Below, piece by piece: positions 13,342 through 27,376 of a stretch of 64,000 nucleotides of DNA. A program made the translations under genes and the position numbers. Every line of letters starts with the position of its first letter. Positions within the stretch are counted from its first letter, which is position 1. Origin of the DNA: Balanoglossus misakiensis (lineage: Eukaryota > Animalia > Hemichordata); NCBI GenBank assembly GCA_040954595.2, contig CM082576.2, positions 2,640,760-2,704,759 of the forward strand, given 5' to 3'. Below the pieces are notes generated by a model. The model had not been told where the DNA came from. It did no database searches and worked only from the letters and a program-made list of their open reading frames with translations.

Positions 13342-16213
13342 GTGAGTGTGTTGGTTAATTATTTGACTGTTACTTACATACATATTGTTTTCGTTTGTGT
13401 TCATTGCATTGCATTGTTGCGCAAGATGCATGGTTACCATGTAGTACAGAGAGAGGTTTTTTTTGTAAATGTGATACAGGTGGCTGCCCAGTGGATAAAT
13501 TATACTAGGTGAACAAACAACATCTGTCATAGGTGTATGCTCTCTCTTGTGCGTAACCGGGAGAACGGAAATTGAGACAAACCAGATAACACCGACTATC
13601 TTAATTTGCTCCGTTTTATTTTGCCAGCCACTCACTTATTCAAAACTCAAATCAGATTTGTTCCCACAATAAGTAAGCTTTTGAAAGACACGAAACTGTC
13701 ACTTTCTGACAGGTTTACAAGTGAAGTAAATTGACTCAAGCACAATTTATTTTTTTTGTAATTTGGACAAAAAATTAGGTCATGCATTGTTATCGCTTCC
13801 TTGGCTGATTCATTAAGAGACGCTCATTCGCCCAACGATGTGAAATAACCATTTACTCATTTTCATCTGCTATGATAAACCAGTAATCTGTACACCCAGG
13901 GGAATACAATGATACATCATCACTTCATTTGACATCTCTTTTTAGTGGGAGTATATTTTTTTTTACCTGATTTGGCCTTTCAAGTTTGACTTCCTTTTAT
14001 CATTGCTGTCAGTTGATGCATACACACACGTACACCTGTTCCAGTGTTTTCATGAACTTTCCCTTTTTAGTGACACAGAGCAGTATTGAGACATGTCGTC
14101 GTTTTCGTGACTAACCTTGATGTTGTTTATAGAATTCAGGGTTTGTGACGATTATGACAGTTGGGAGAGAAACAATTATCCTTCAACTACCTTGATTAAA
14201 TGTCATATTTTTCATCCCATTTTAATATGACCATGACTTCTTGTCATTTTCTTGGTAGTTTAGTTAGAAGCTGTCTGAAAAAAAATAAATTTTCGTCTTT
14301 GTTGAATATAGTGTGGGATGATATGTTTTATTTAACAATTCATGGAAATTTCTTGACGTGTCATCATTCCGGATGTGTACAGTGCATATCAATGCCATAT
14401 GGGCAATTGTTGACACCACCAGGTTTTCATGGTTATACTTTCCCTTTTAAAACACAATTGGCCTTTGTCTTTACCTCAAAAGTTGCTGGCATTGACAACG
14501 CTGCAGTATCCCCCTTTCTATTGATGACAGCATTGCGTCAACTCGCAAGTGACGTCAATTTGAAAGAAAAAGACAAAACAAGATTCAATTGCTTCGATTG
14601 AAGAGTTTAATCAAACCTTGGACATAAGGCAACAGTGATAGATACTGGCAGACGAGGTGTGAATAAACGTACACACAGGGTTCGTCCTTAAACTCCTCCA
14701 CTGTCTAGCCAGCCAACAGGTGGCACCATCGTAAAACAGTGAAAACATCGCACACTTGAATACCAGCATGGCATATCGCAGTTAATTGTCCTTCGTAGGC
14801 ATAAGTCATCTTTTATGTAACATGGAATGTTTTATTGCCATTGAATGGGTGTTTAGACATCAAATATAAATTAATTAGTTTGTCAACAACGGTGTATTGG
14901 TTCCTCACAATTTAGAAATCATATGTGTAAGATACCGTCTTTTACACAAACTGTATATCGAAGCAGTGAAACACAGTACAGGTCAACTAGAGTACTCTTC
15001 ACATTTTAAATGCATGGTTAATACCAATGAAATGGTGATTCTCCCTTAGGAAATGCCTTGATCAATCCTTACAGAAGTATTACAGAATTTACATGTAAAG
15101 TGGGTCGTTACTATCTGTATAATTCTTGGTACGGGTAGGACATAATAATTGTATAAAAATTCAATATGTTTGCATTTTACCTTCTTCTGCATTTTAAGTA
15201 ATTGATTTTACCTACTGGTACTAGAATTCAGAATCTTATACTAAAGTCAATTATATTTAGGAATGACGGAATTATAAGATTGGCAAAATCCATAATGGCA
15301 TTCAAATTTTATTGTTGCCTTTTTCTTTCTTTCATTTAGTAGTTTAAAAGGAAGTCATGTAGTACAAGGTGTCTAGTCTTCAAAATTCCTATCTGCATCC
15401 GTGAGATATCCCAAGAAATCTCTTGGGGAAAAGATGCCTAGATACATTAAAATGCTTTCTGTGCATGAATATCAATGCTCGTTCTATATTTCTTTTAAAT
15501 GTATAATTTGTCAGAGTATGGAAGCACACAGAATTTTTAATACCATATATTCCTAATTGAAATCATATTCAAATTAACTTTAGGCAGTACTGCTTTCTCA
15601 GAATTCTCAAACTATTCTGTTTTTATGTGTTTTAATACACATCACTTTGAAAAACCATGTGTGAGTTTTAACGTGTTATTATTATGATAAAAAATTCCCA
15701 AATCTTGATCATCATTATAATCTCTTATGTCTCACTGCTCTTGACTACATTCAGAACAGATAATGGTGGCTATGTAAATACACAAGTAATGGGATAGAGA
15801 GCAGTAAATGTTTGCTGACTGTCACTCTCAGAAACATGATTTTTATTAAAACAGCATTATGAAATATCTAATCGGGAAGCTGAAACAGACTCTCCATTCC
15901 TGAATTAAACTAAAGTGCACAGATATCAAATATCCTCTAATCATGGACTGTTGTCTCCAGGTTGTTAATCAAATTGAATAGAATTTCAAAAGCAATTCCC
16001 AGAATACTGACATCTGTCTACAAGTTCTAATTAAAGCAAGAAACCTGGGGCAAACTTTTAAGGTCAGCAAACTGCCAGTTTTGCAATTTTTGTTTTAATC
16101 ACTGAACCGCATTAGATATGATACTCAACCATTGTTATCCAGTTTGTTGTAAATGTATGTTAGTTTATTAATGAACAAATAAAGAAAAACAGTGATGATG
16201 ACATTGTTGTTGA

Positions 16214-16245
<32 letters not shown>

Positions 16246-18926
16246 ACGGTGATGATCATGATCATGAAATTCACCTTATAACAGGAATACTATTTAATTC
16301 TTTTTGTTGATTAACTTGGCACTCAGTCATTAATAATTAACATACTCTAAATTGCAGTGAAATTGCATTTTACAACACAGAGGTGATTTGAATGCAAGAG
16401 AAGTTCATTTTGAGTCAAAATTGCTTGAATAAAAATGATTCCTGTAGGCAACATGCATGTGAAAATCTGACGATGTTCGCATTGTACATTTATGGGTTTT
16501 TCACTATAAATTGAAAGACGTAGACAGTTTATTGAAAACCTATTATGTTTTAAAATATTACTGAAAAAGCAGCATTCATTAGAGACAAATATGCCAGGTA
16601 TGCTGTTATTAAAATTGTCATCATTTAGCAAATGAAATTTTCACTAATGGGATATGCTATTGTAAAAGAAATTCAGGCAGATAATGCTAAATGGTGCAGA
16701 TTAACGGAAATGCACTGAAAATGAATATTTATAGTTGAAGATTTGCGATGGATGCGCGAGGTCATTGGACTAATTTTGGATTCAGAGTAGTAGGTGTTTG
16801 CCTTTAATCACCCACGTTTGACATTTTAATTTACCAGATTTTGCCAGCACATGTACTAATTTATTCATCAGAGATTAACCAACGGAAGTACAGTGCACTG
16901 AGTAATTGTAGGCCAGGCATTAATGCACTCTTTCCAATTCATTTCTGGCCAAATATCCTTGATTGTCTTTGCTTTGTCATGCCTTATGCATCCAGTCTCA
17001 TCCTGAATTGCACCGGTAAAACTACAACCCTTTTATCCAGGCTGAATTTGAACCAAAAAAATCATGTCTACAAGTGGACGTGAATGACAGAAGAGTTCAG
17101 TAGATTCAGACAGCCTATTTCAATACATTCCTGTCACTTACAAATGTCAGATTCTGTTATTCTAATATGGATCCTTGTGCACAATATAAAAAAAAAAACA
17201 TTTTGCCTTATGTGTATATGAGATATCCATATATCTAGTGGACATCCCAGGGTACTTGTAAAATGGTACAAGTATGAAGTTCCCCATTTCTGTCTGGAGA
17301 CATTGAGAGGATCTTTATTAATACATTTATTTCCCCTATACCTGTTGTTGCCTGTGCTTTAAATGTAAGCTTGTGTACCCTAGGGAATGTGGCCATGAGG
17401 GAATCATGAGTTCAACTGGAGTCTTCATTGAATTTTTCAGAACTGAGTTGTCTGGGTGAAAATGTATGACAAATCCATTTTCCTATGAAATTTGTAAATT
17501 GAAAATTGAACTTATACCTGTAGAGGAAATTAATATAATGATGAATCATACAAAGATACATTTCCTTTCCAGTGGAGAATATTGAACAGCGCTCTTGATA
17601 TTAAATCTTGTTTGTTGTATATTCTCGATATATTGAGTTGAAATGAAAATTGTGACAGTTTGTCAATCTCTCTTGAACCTTGAATTGAAATGTAATATAT
17701 CATAATGTTGTCCTCCCACTTTAATAAGATACTGTTTGCCAAAATGAAACCATGCCACGTAAAATTATTGTCTCAGTGTCTCTGTTTATAGTAGGTTGCT
17801 TAATATATAGCCAAACAAAATGACAAAATTGTCACGGCTGCTTAGTTATAGAGTTCAAGGTTAAAGTGCATGGCACATCTCCATCTAGAACTTGCCATGA
17901 ACATCCTTTATAATGGGACAGAAGATAAGGCATGAATATTTATTGGACACTGTGGTGCAGTTTGCAGGATGATATCAGATGATAGAGACTGAGGCAGGTG
18001 AAAGGAGAAAGTGAGTCAGAAAACAAGCACAGCGTGTTTACGATATCAGAGGTGTTTACCCCATAGACTGCTTGCAAAAAAAAGATTAGTCTTAATGCGG
18101 TTAAGCAGCATGTCACTTAGCACACAAAGAAGTAGTAGTTGACAACCTTGTAGAGTGTTTTCTCACAAAACAGCGATGAAAGTTTACTTTTATTTGACAT
18201 TTTCACATAACACTCTATGGACATGTATAAAAAAGTGTTTGTTGATCATGTGTTTAGCATAGCTGTCTGTTAAAGATTTTGTTATTTCAAAATTCAAAAC
18301 AGATTTCTTGATTTTCAGTATTCAAAATTCACCCAGAGAATTGGGTTAAAAGCTTCCCGTGGCAGTTGCCATTTTTCAGTCATATTTCTCTGACATAAGG
18401 ATACTTGAAACCATCTTATGCCTCGTAGACATCCTTGTAAAATCTGCAGACAATTTCAGGCACTTGAAGCTGTAGCAAAAAACGCCACAAGACTCTTGTG
18501 AACATAGTTTTCCGCCTCTTCTAGGAATTCACTTCTTTTTATAATTGGTCTTGTGCAAGTAGCGCTTGTAGGATGTGGTCACTCAGTAATTTGATAAAAG
18601 CTGTTTAATTTCCCAGTGGGTTTTTCATTGCAGTCTTCAGCTAGACCGGGGAATATATGTAGGATGTCTCACAGAAGCTGAACAGTACAGTGAAATACAT
18701 CCTGTATGATCATTTCTCATGGGGTTTATGATGAATCATATTCTATAAAGTACTCAAGTATTTCCACTGCTGCCTTGACTGTTTCTGTAATCTAGAACTT
18801 GTTTACTTACTTACAGAGAAAATTTAAAAACAAAGAAACTGCAATGTGCAATTTAAATTTTACATCTATCTAGTTCTTTGAAATAACTTTATTAAATGAA
18901 GATTCATTTCTGCTGTAATTTCACAG

Positions 18927-19129
18927 ATGTAGAACACGGGGTGGTGGACGTTGGAAGTGGTGGCGATGAATCGGACCAGGACAGCGTGCATCACGTGGAA
19001 GGCTTTCAACACAGCCATTTTGAGAATGAAGGCTACGACAGCACTCAAGTCAGCCAAGCGCCGTCATTGATGGGCGATGAAGAGCTGGGCAGTGTGCCAG
19101 CGTTAGCCTATGGACATGCAGCCTCTGCG
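18927..19129 (+). CDS. SYT14: SYT14/16 linker exon
   Basis: ttcacag|DVEHGVVDVGSGGDESDQD...GHAASA|gtaatt, phase 1-0, open frame. Confidence 0.85.
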
Positions 19130-19305
19130 GTAATTGGATTCTTCTCTCTCTCTCTCATTTCTCAAACTCCTCAACAAAACCCCAACAACATGTATTTTCA
19201 TAGAGTATTATTCTTCATTTTGTTTTAGACCAGGATCAAAGTAATTGTCATTTTCTGTCCAGGTAATAGTGATCATAATATTCTGTCTCGCTTCTCCAAC
19301 CACAG

Positions 19306-19743
19306 GAGGACGGGTTTGCTGCCCAAACGTTTGAATCGGGAGCCCCGGAATTAATATCCAAGTGTGGGGAGCTGGAAGTGACTTTTGCCTACAATGGCCA
19401 ACTGAAGAAAATGACAATAACCCTACACAGAGCCCGAGACCTGCCTTCCAAGGAGAGGGGCGGGGCCTCCCATGTGCAAGTCCGAATGGTCCTACTGCCG
19501 GCCAAGAAGCAACGTTGCAAGACGAAGATCAAGCAAGGAGAGAATCCCGAGTGGAAGGAATCCTTCCGCTTTTCCAGACTTCCGCCACATGAGTTGTCCA
19601 ATACCGGACTGAGATTCCGGCTGTACGGCACAGAGAGGATGAGGAAAGAGAGATTGATTGGAGAGTGTGTGGTGAAGTTCTCAGCCCTCAATACCAATGC
19701 CATACAGACAATATGGCTACAACTGGAACCAAGGAGCAATCTT
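19306..19743 (+). CDS. SYT14: SYT14/16 C2A domain exon
   Basis: ccacag|EDGFAAQTFESGAPELISKCGELEVTFAYNGQLKKMTITLHRARDLP...LEPRSNL|gtgagt. ISKCG, VLLPAKKQR, RFRLY and LEPRSN are SYT14/16 hallmarks. Confidence 0.95.
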
Positions 19744-19818
19744 GTGAGTTTGAATCATCATTTTGTTCTTTGGGAATCCATTGCATATTTTACATAGTTT
19801 TGTCCCTGAATTTGAATT

Positions 19819-19840
19819 GGGGGGGGGGGGGGGGGGGGGG
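19819..19840. repeat. poly(G)22 tract
   Basis: Homopolymer about 75 nt downstream of the C2A exon donor. Confidence 0.9.
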
Positions 19841-20767
19841 TGTCATTTTCATTAAAATCCAACTAGCAAAAAAAAATCATTCCCATGGGGTTAGGGTGGG
19901 AAAGTCAGTTTCAACAGGTTGTTTTATAGCTAAGTAGAGGCTTTAAGAAGGTTGTAAAACAAAACCAGCTGCCCCTTTATCTGCACAGATGTGCATCCAG
20001 CTAGATTGGTTTGCTTGCTGGACAATTTATGTTTGAAGGATGAATTAAAAATGCTGTACATTATATCCAAAATATTATCTATAAAATTCACTCCATAGTA
20101 AATTATGACTGCTGTTGGATTTCTGATGTTTTAAGTGGTTCTGACTAATGCAAGTGATTTTTGATGGACGTCACTATGTCTGGTTATAAATTAAACTCTA
20201 TAGGCTACTTGGTTGTGTTTCAAGGGCCAAAGGGCGAATTATGAGAATCTAGAGACTGGAGTAACCATGGAAACCAAATTTTAATGTGGATTTGAGCATT
20301 GCATGGTTATTTACTTCTGAATGAAAGCACATGCCAACATCATTTTGCCTTATTAGAGTGAAATCTCAGAGGAGTTGTTTATAGTAATTCACAGTCAGAT
20401 AGAACATGGTTCCTTCATTAGACCTCATCCCCACTGCCCACTGTCGCTTTTTATTTCCTCATTTGTCAAACCTCTGTAATCCTCATCTGTTATCAGAGAA
20501 GTGTTGGCTGTCCTTGTTGTAATTACATGTATATGCTAAATTTCTGTTTCATAAGAGCAAATTTTTCCTTTCACATCACTAGGGCCTTTCTGAATATTTT
20601 CATATCATGCTTTACAGATCCTTATACATGTACTCTCCACCAATCAGGTTGGAACCACCTGTAAGAAGCTCCTTAGCTTTATTAAAAACATGCCAACATC
20701 TTCAAATCTTTGGTTGATATGCTGTTATTTAAAGTTGCTGACAATGAGCATTTGTGTTGCTTTCTAG

Positions 20768-20963
20768 GGAGGCACAGGCTCAACACACAGCAGCTTGACT
20801 GATCTGTCTCACAGTGACAGTGGTTCCTCCACGCACTCTTTACAACATGGTGGTATTCCTGAGCTCCTGGTGGGCTTGTCGTATAACTCCACCACTGGTA
20901 GACTGGCTGTGGAAGTCATCAAGGGAAGCCACTTCAGAAACATGGCTATGACCAGACCACCAG
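20768..20963 (+). CDS. SYT14: SYT14/16 exon, start of C2B
   Basis: ttctag|GGTGSTHSSLTDLSHSDSGSSTHSLQHGGIPELLVGLSYNSTTGRLAVEVIKGSHFRNMAMTRPP|gtaatg. Near-identical to recalled SYT14/16 HGGxPELLVGLSYNATTGRLSVExIKGSHF. Confidence 0.96.
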
Positions 20964-22301
20964 GTAATGAACAAAGCATGGTATATAGATATGTCTGCAT
21001 GCAGTGTTTCACCCACCCATCTCCCTTGTGTCATCAACATACAGTAAAACCGAACCTGCTTGTCTAATCTGGAAACAGTCTATACCAAACACATTTTTGA
21101 AACAGAACCACATGTTAAAAGAACCTCTATAAACTAAAAGCTTTTTAAAATCATTCTTGTCAGAGGGAACATGGATGTAGCCAGAAATAAAAGTGCTGCA
21201 TTGTAATGTGCAGCCTGTATGCCTAAAGATGCCTTTCCAGAATTAGCAGCTGGGCGGGATGGCTATCAACCGAGTTTCTAAATTTAGTGTCGCGGTATTT
21301 TTAGAGGGTGTTTCCAAATAAAAAAACGCAGACAATGGAAGACAATTGTCATCAATGAATGTACTACCAAACTGAAGTATAATATTTCACAAAAAGGTTT
21401 GCCGAAACATTTTCAAGTGTAATTCCTTTTCAGGGAAGGTAAAAAATGATGTCAATCAAGCGTATGATGTATACGTGACCTCAGCTCAATTTTTGTCCAA
21501 TAAATTTATAGATTACCTAGTCTTTATTTCACAATTTAAGGCCATTAAAGTCATTAGTTTAACTGTGACCTCACAATGATTGAAATAAGTACCCACACAG
21601 TCAAAATGCCCGACCTCTTTATTTTACATAGGCTGTAATAAAGTCAGCACACTTCCCATTTTCTCTCTTTTCTTTCTGTCTCTCTTTCTTCTCTTTCGAT
21701 GTGGTTGTAATGTGACTGTGATGTGAAGCTAAGATGGTTGACCTTGAACTCTGTCATGTTAATATGTTCATCTTTGTCTGTGGTCTTATCGGCTGTATAC
21801 TCTACATCCTTCTACACTTTATCCTCTTCTACATGTCCCTCTCATCATCAACACACTGAGGTGAGATTTTTTGCAGCTTTGTCATCTTTGTGAGTTTTTT
21901 CCCCCTCTCTCTCTTTCTTTCGTTGGGGCATGTAACTATCTTTCCTCTCTGATCCTGCTCTCGAAAAAAGTCCTTCCATCCTACAACCGACCACTGCACC
22001 ATGTTCAAATTTTGTATTTTCACTGACACTGTGACAAATTGTTCCTTCTTATTGTTTTGATCTTTGCAATTTACGATTTTCAAATCACTGTTTATCTGCT
22101 TTTGCGATACCTTTCTGCATATTTCATGGAAGAGCAGTGTACTTTGAAAGGACTTGGGATGACGGACAGGAAAGATGTAATGTTGCATGCCTTCAAAACA
22201 GAATGGGGGAAAAAGCCCACAAAGCTGCATCAATCTCACGCAAGAAACCATCTAAGACATAACATTACTAAATGCAATTTTCTCTGTCTTGCCCGTACCA
22301 G

Positions 22302-22615
22302 ATACTTACGTCAAAATCGCGCTGATGGCATCATCCGGCTTCGAGATGACACGCAGCAAGACATCGGTGCGTCGCGGCCAACCCAACCCAACCTTCAAAG
22401 AGACCTTCATCTTTCAGGTGGCACAGTTTCAGCTGCCAGACGTCACAGTCATGTTCTCTGTCTACAACAAGAGGAGCATGAAGAAGAAAGAGATGTTCGG
22501 CTGGTTCTCTATGGGGCTTAACAACAGCAGCGAGGAAGAGATAGCCCACTGGAATGAGATGAGAGAGTCCAAGGGTCACCAAGTCTGTCGCTGGCATGTA
22601 CTTCTAGAATCCTAA
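22302..22615 (+). CDS. SYT14: SYT14/16 last coding exon (C2B, ends RWHVLLES*)
   Basis: accag|[49 protein letters not shown]...[12 protein letters not shown], the typical SYT14/16 C-terminus. Assembled CDS is 1467 nt (488 aa). Confidence 0.96.
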
Positions 22616-25600
22616 AAAATCTGGTGTGTGCCGTACGTGTAGAAAACAAAAAAATACTACAACTACTAAAACTCTGAGCAAGTCGTGTTATGTCAAACTA
22701 GATAGAATTCAATAATCTGCTAATCTTGAAATGAAACACGCCACCGGAATCCTAATTTTGGTTTCATTGTAGAAAATAAAATCACTTACACGTACCTACT
22801 ACAGTGATGTGATTACAAAATATAGAAGTATAAATAGATGGGTATGGACAGACTGCTTTGACTGAAATCCAGAATCATTTTTTGGGGATTAATACCGCTG
22901 GAAAACACTGTTTATAGAGATGCATCATCATCTAAATATATATAAGAAGAATGCTGCTTTTGTTTTTAGCTTTAGGTTCAAATTTGGAGCTTGACAGTAA
23001 TCCAATACCCCCTTTTTAGAGGCAGTTTTTTCCAGATTTGCAATGGTAGGATGAGAGATAAAAGGGTGCTTGGTAAAACTGACTGTCGCCAATAAAAATC
23101 CCTCACTCCTATTTCTCAATGTACAGGCCCGACTGCACTGTTTAGAACAAAGAGATCGGGCCAAATGCACTTTGGGGAAAGGGTGAAATTTTGCAATCAT
23201 ACTCGTACTGCTTTTTATAAGCACCGGCACTGCCAGTTCTAATACATGAGATGTTGGAGTTAGCTGGTAACACCAGTATCCCTTTTTAGTTAAAGTGCAA
23301 ATCACTGCCACATGCGCTAATCCATCATTTTGATTTATCTTTAAAAGTTGTCACAGAGGAGCTTCAGTTAATATTTAAATTACTAACTATAGCAATAGCC
23401 ACTACTTGCACTGCACATTAAAATTACAATGCATTTAAATATGATAGTAAAAAGAGGAACATGCAACATTGCACATGGCTATTACACCCGCAAACACTTC
23501 TTTTGCCAGGTCAAAATAAAAAATTCTGCTATAAAGAAACTAATCATCAAAATGACAAAATCTAATAACTTCAACTTTGTCATGAATGTTATGACTTCAG
23601 TAATTCCATGATTTGTGCAATATTTCCTCAGACCATCACAGAATTTAATTTTAAGAAATTATTCGTCTGGTTGATTGGCATATGTAACTGTGGAATAGGT
23701 AATTTATGCGTATGAGCCCATCATTCAATTTTCATGTACAATGTACATATTTGTGTAGCTGCAATTTCAGATGTGTATATTTCCTTCTGACAGTTTACAT
23801 TTTCCTGTAAAAAGACGCCATAATCCTGTAAAAGAGTAAAGAGATTCAAAGAATGAATTCTCCCTAATTCCTGCACCCCCTAGTTACTTATGGTGCCTCC
23901 CATATGTCACCATAAGAAACGATTCGAAAGATGTATATTTTGCATGCAGCAATTATTCTGTAGGGATAGCAGGTCTAAATTGCTAAAAATCACTATTTTG
24001 GGGACAGATTTTTCTTTTAGCATTCAATAATATAAGCTAAGTATATACTGGCACAATCAAATAAACCAGAAAATCTTGTCAGTTTCACAGCATTATTGAA
24101 CCACTTACATAGCAGTCGTCGTGTATTTCTGCTTTCACTCAAAGCTTGCTTTTTAAAGAAAACGATTTTTTATGTAAATAACTATTGTGAAATTTACAGT
24201 TTCAGGAAAGTAATGATTACGGCATGTATGTGTTTCTGTCAAGGGTGTTTTTCATTTTGGTTGTGCCAAATTTTCACTTTAGTTTATAACCACATATTAG
24301 CATACAGCAATTATCTGGCAAAACACTTTCCCTTCATTATTGATTTTGGTCCATTTTTGCTGCTAGCAATATTTCATGTGTGTGTTCTTGATATGCGATA
24401 GAATATACAAGTATTTGCATCCTTGTTTTATTTTATCAATTTTTTGAAATCCACTGTGGACAAAATGAAAATAGGTGTGGTTATTTGCAGTTAATCATTA
24501 TAAGAGTCACATCAACCAATAATTTGAATACTATGTACTTAAATATTTATATGTCACTCTCTTCTTGCTTTCTCATTTTGACTGCATTTTATAAATTGTT
24601 GGAGGGTTGTAGCATAGTATTCTATTATTGTCAGTTTCATCCTATCTTGCCTTTTACATTGTCTGTTTAATGTTTGAACGATGCTCTTTGAAAGAAGCTG
24701 TAAAAGCTCATAATAGGTCACACTTTAATTCAGTTGGAAAGTTTGTTTTTAAATCTTCATCAGAAAAAGAGCTTCAATTTTTGCTGTGTTTCATATGTAG
24801 AGGAGTGGTTTGATGGAATTTGTGGTAGCAGTTATTACTTCCCTAAAATTTGTTATGCTTGATATAAATGAGACAGCATTATTTCTATCCCACTGAGTTG
24901 AGTTTTTTCTTCAGCTCAGTACTGTTTAGGAAATTCTGGTTCATATTAAGATTTCTTTCCTTGCATTGCTCTCTCCCTCGCTGTTGTTTGGAGCAAATCC
25001 GTTGAAAATATAATACCACAGGTTGTCCTCAAAGTGCCCCCTTTCTGCCTTGCATATGCAATCATCATCAGTATTGATTGAGGAATATGAGAGTATCCAG
25101 ATTTTCATTGTAGTGTCGGTTTGTATACTTGATGAGAATGGTATCCCTGTGAAGCCTACAAATGATTGATATTTTGGTTTTCAGATGCAGGATATTGCCC
25201 ATTACAGTGTTACATTAGTACAATGAAATGGCCCAAGCTGTAGAGATTGTCAGGTTTTTTACATGGACACTAGTGTCCCTGGGGAGATTCTGAGAATAAA
25301 TTCATTCAAGAGAGAGCAGTGTGACTGTTGTGGTGGCATTTGATGTATTAGGGACAGCTAGATTTACCACCCTGTTCTGGTCACTGGATAGAAAAAGAAT
25401 GCTGAGGTTTAACAAAGTCGTATATCTCTTTGGTGGACCTTGGCCAAGTCTCAGGTGATGGGAGATCATCATGAACTCTGTTGACTTGTCAAGGCTGTGT
25501 GATGTAGCAAGGGACCCAACAGTTTAGGCTGCAGTGGAAGGGGATCGTGCACCCAAGACTTGGCCAACAATGGCGACCCACTATATTTTGATATTATTGG

Positions 25601-26928
25601 TATTTGGTATACTCTGAATAAACCACATGTTGTCAGGGCTTTCTTTTTGAGTAAGCCTACACACTTGAGCCACCTGTCTTGTAAAAAGATTTCCGTGTTT
25701 TTCTTCCATGAGAGCAGCGCTCATGTTTGCCGGATTAGTCAGCTTTTCACCATTTGTTGCCATGGCTACAAGTGGGTTTGGAGGAGCTGGCGTTTGTACA
25801 CAGAGACCCGTAGGAAAGAGTTTCTGACTATTCCATCTGTTGGCTTTGCAGTTAATGATCCACTCATTGAATGCAGATCCTCAACCAAATGTACTCCTGA
25901 TCGGCTCAGTGTAAAAATTCACTGTGATGTCTGTCTGACAGCTGAGCTCAAAAAAAATATTCAATAAATTGATGGTTGTAAGATTTCACCAGAATATTTT
26001 ATTGTGTTCTCAACATGAGGTGTCAGTTTAAAACTGAGCGTGTAACTTGTGATTTCATCAGGAAATCCACACGTTCACAGCATGGCCAGCCAGTAAATCA
26101 CCACCCACGAGTCCAGACTGAAATTTTGATCATTTGTCTGGCGTCAGGATGGTAATATCTGTAGAGATCATTAGTTGAAAAAACACGTTTTTCCCCCGAA
26201 AGAGAATTTATTCTGTCTGAGAGAAGCAGGGCAACCCCACGTTGTGAGTGGAGGCTGAAAATTGAATATTAGTGAAAAGTCATTGATGTCAATTTAAAGC
26301 ATTATTACTGTATTATAAATCACTCCTGTTAATCCATAATGATGTACAGTTGAGGACATTGCAATAAAAATAGATTTTATTTGTACATTTAGGTGGGGCA
26401 TATTGTCGCGATGTTCTTGATTTGTTCCTGTGAATGTTAACAGGACAAAATTATTTTCAATTTGAAATACTAACAATTTTAGGGTATTACAATGTATAAA
26501 TTTGGCAGCTTCGTGCAAGGTGTAAGAAAATGCAGGGTATTTTAAATTTGACCAACATGGATTTAATCACCCTTCTAATCTCTGCTTTAGCACAGTTTGT
26601 ATGAAAACTGTTGTAACTGAAGGTGAATCTAACTGATCTGCAAAAATATCAACTGAGCTGAAAGATTCTGTACCCGTGATTCACTAGTACAGTTACCCAC
26701 ATGCACACAGTTTGGATTTTTTTCTGTACTAAAAAAAGGAACTCCACACACCTAGAATGTACCCAGTAGCAGATTTCAATATAAATAAATTTGCTGTATT
26801 AAAAAAAATGAGTGATTTTGAAGATGTGCTGCTTGGCAAGCTTTAAAAAATACATTTCAGCAATACTCTTTACTACTGAACTCTTTTATCTTTTGTATTT
26901 CTCACACACTATGGTTGTGCATATATGT

Positions 26929-26934
26929 AATAAA
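26929..26934 (+). terminator. Candidate distal poly(A) signal of SYT14/16
   Basis: AATAAA followed by GT-rich sequence at the end of a T-rich putative 3' UTR. More proximal AATAAA sites also exist (about 25963, 26363, 26784). Confidence 0.4.
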
Positions 26935-27366
26935 TTATCTTCTTTGAATGCTATGGTGCCTGATTGTGTTATTCATTGACTCTCATCAATGCCCCTGCTG
27001 TGGTTTCGTTAACATACACATACACATTCTAGTGACAGAGAGTCCATTATGCCTTCAGCACACACTGGTACTTGAAATTTAAGACATGATGTTGAAATTA
27101 TTAAGTGGCAAAAATATCCCACCCCACTGAGGTTATTTCCTTTAGTTTTAAAAGTATGATCACATACAGGAAGTATAGCAAAGAATGTAAAAAGACTTTG
27201 GTGGACTCCATTTCCTGAAAATCACCGAAATGATGGAGAAGTAGTAGAGAGCAAACAGTGGGATATCTTTGGACTTGATGGGCGGCCTGGCAAGATGTTT
27301 GGGGCAGAAAAGAAAATTATTCATGGAAAAACAGAGTCACAAGATTTCTGCTTTACATGTTGTGTG

Positions 27367-27376
27367 TTTATTTATT
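27367..27376 (-). terminator. Candidate poly(A) signal of the AKAP6-like KASH gene
   Basis: Overlapping TTTATTTATT (two AATAAA on the - strand) at the end of about 4 kb that is A/C-rich on + (U/G-rich on -), as expected for a 3' UTR. Confidence 0.45.

Noticed and set aside
21655-21960. Long pyrimidine tracts and a possible microexon (21866/21877-21889) in the C2B intron
   Set aside because: The best acceptor gives a frameshifting 13-nt exon and the in-frame option uses a weak acceptor. Not supportable without RNA data.
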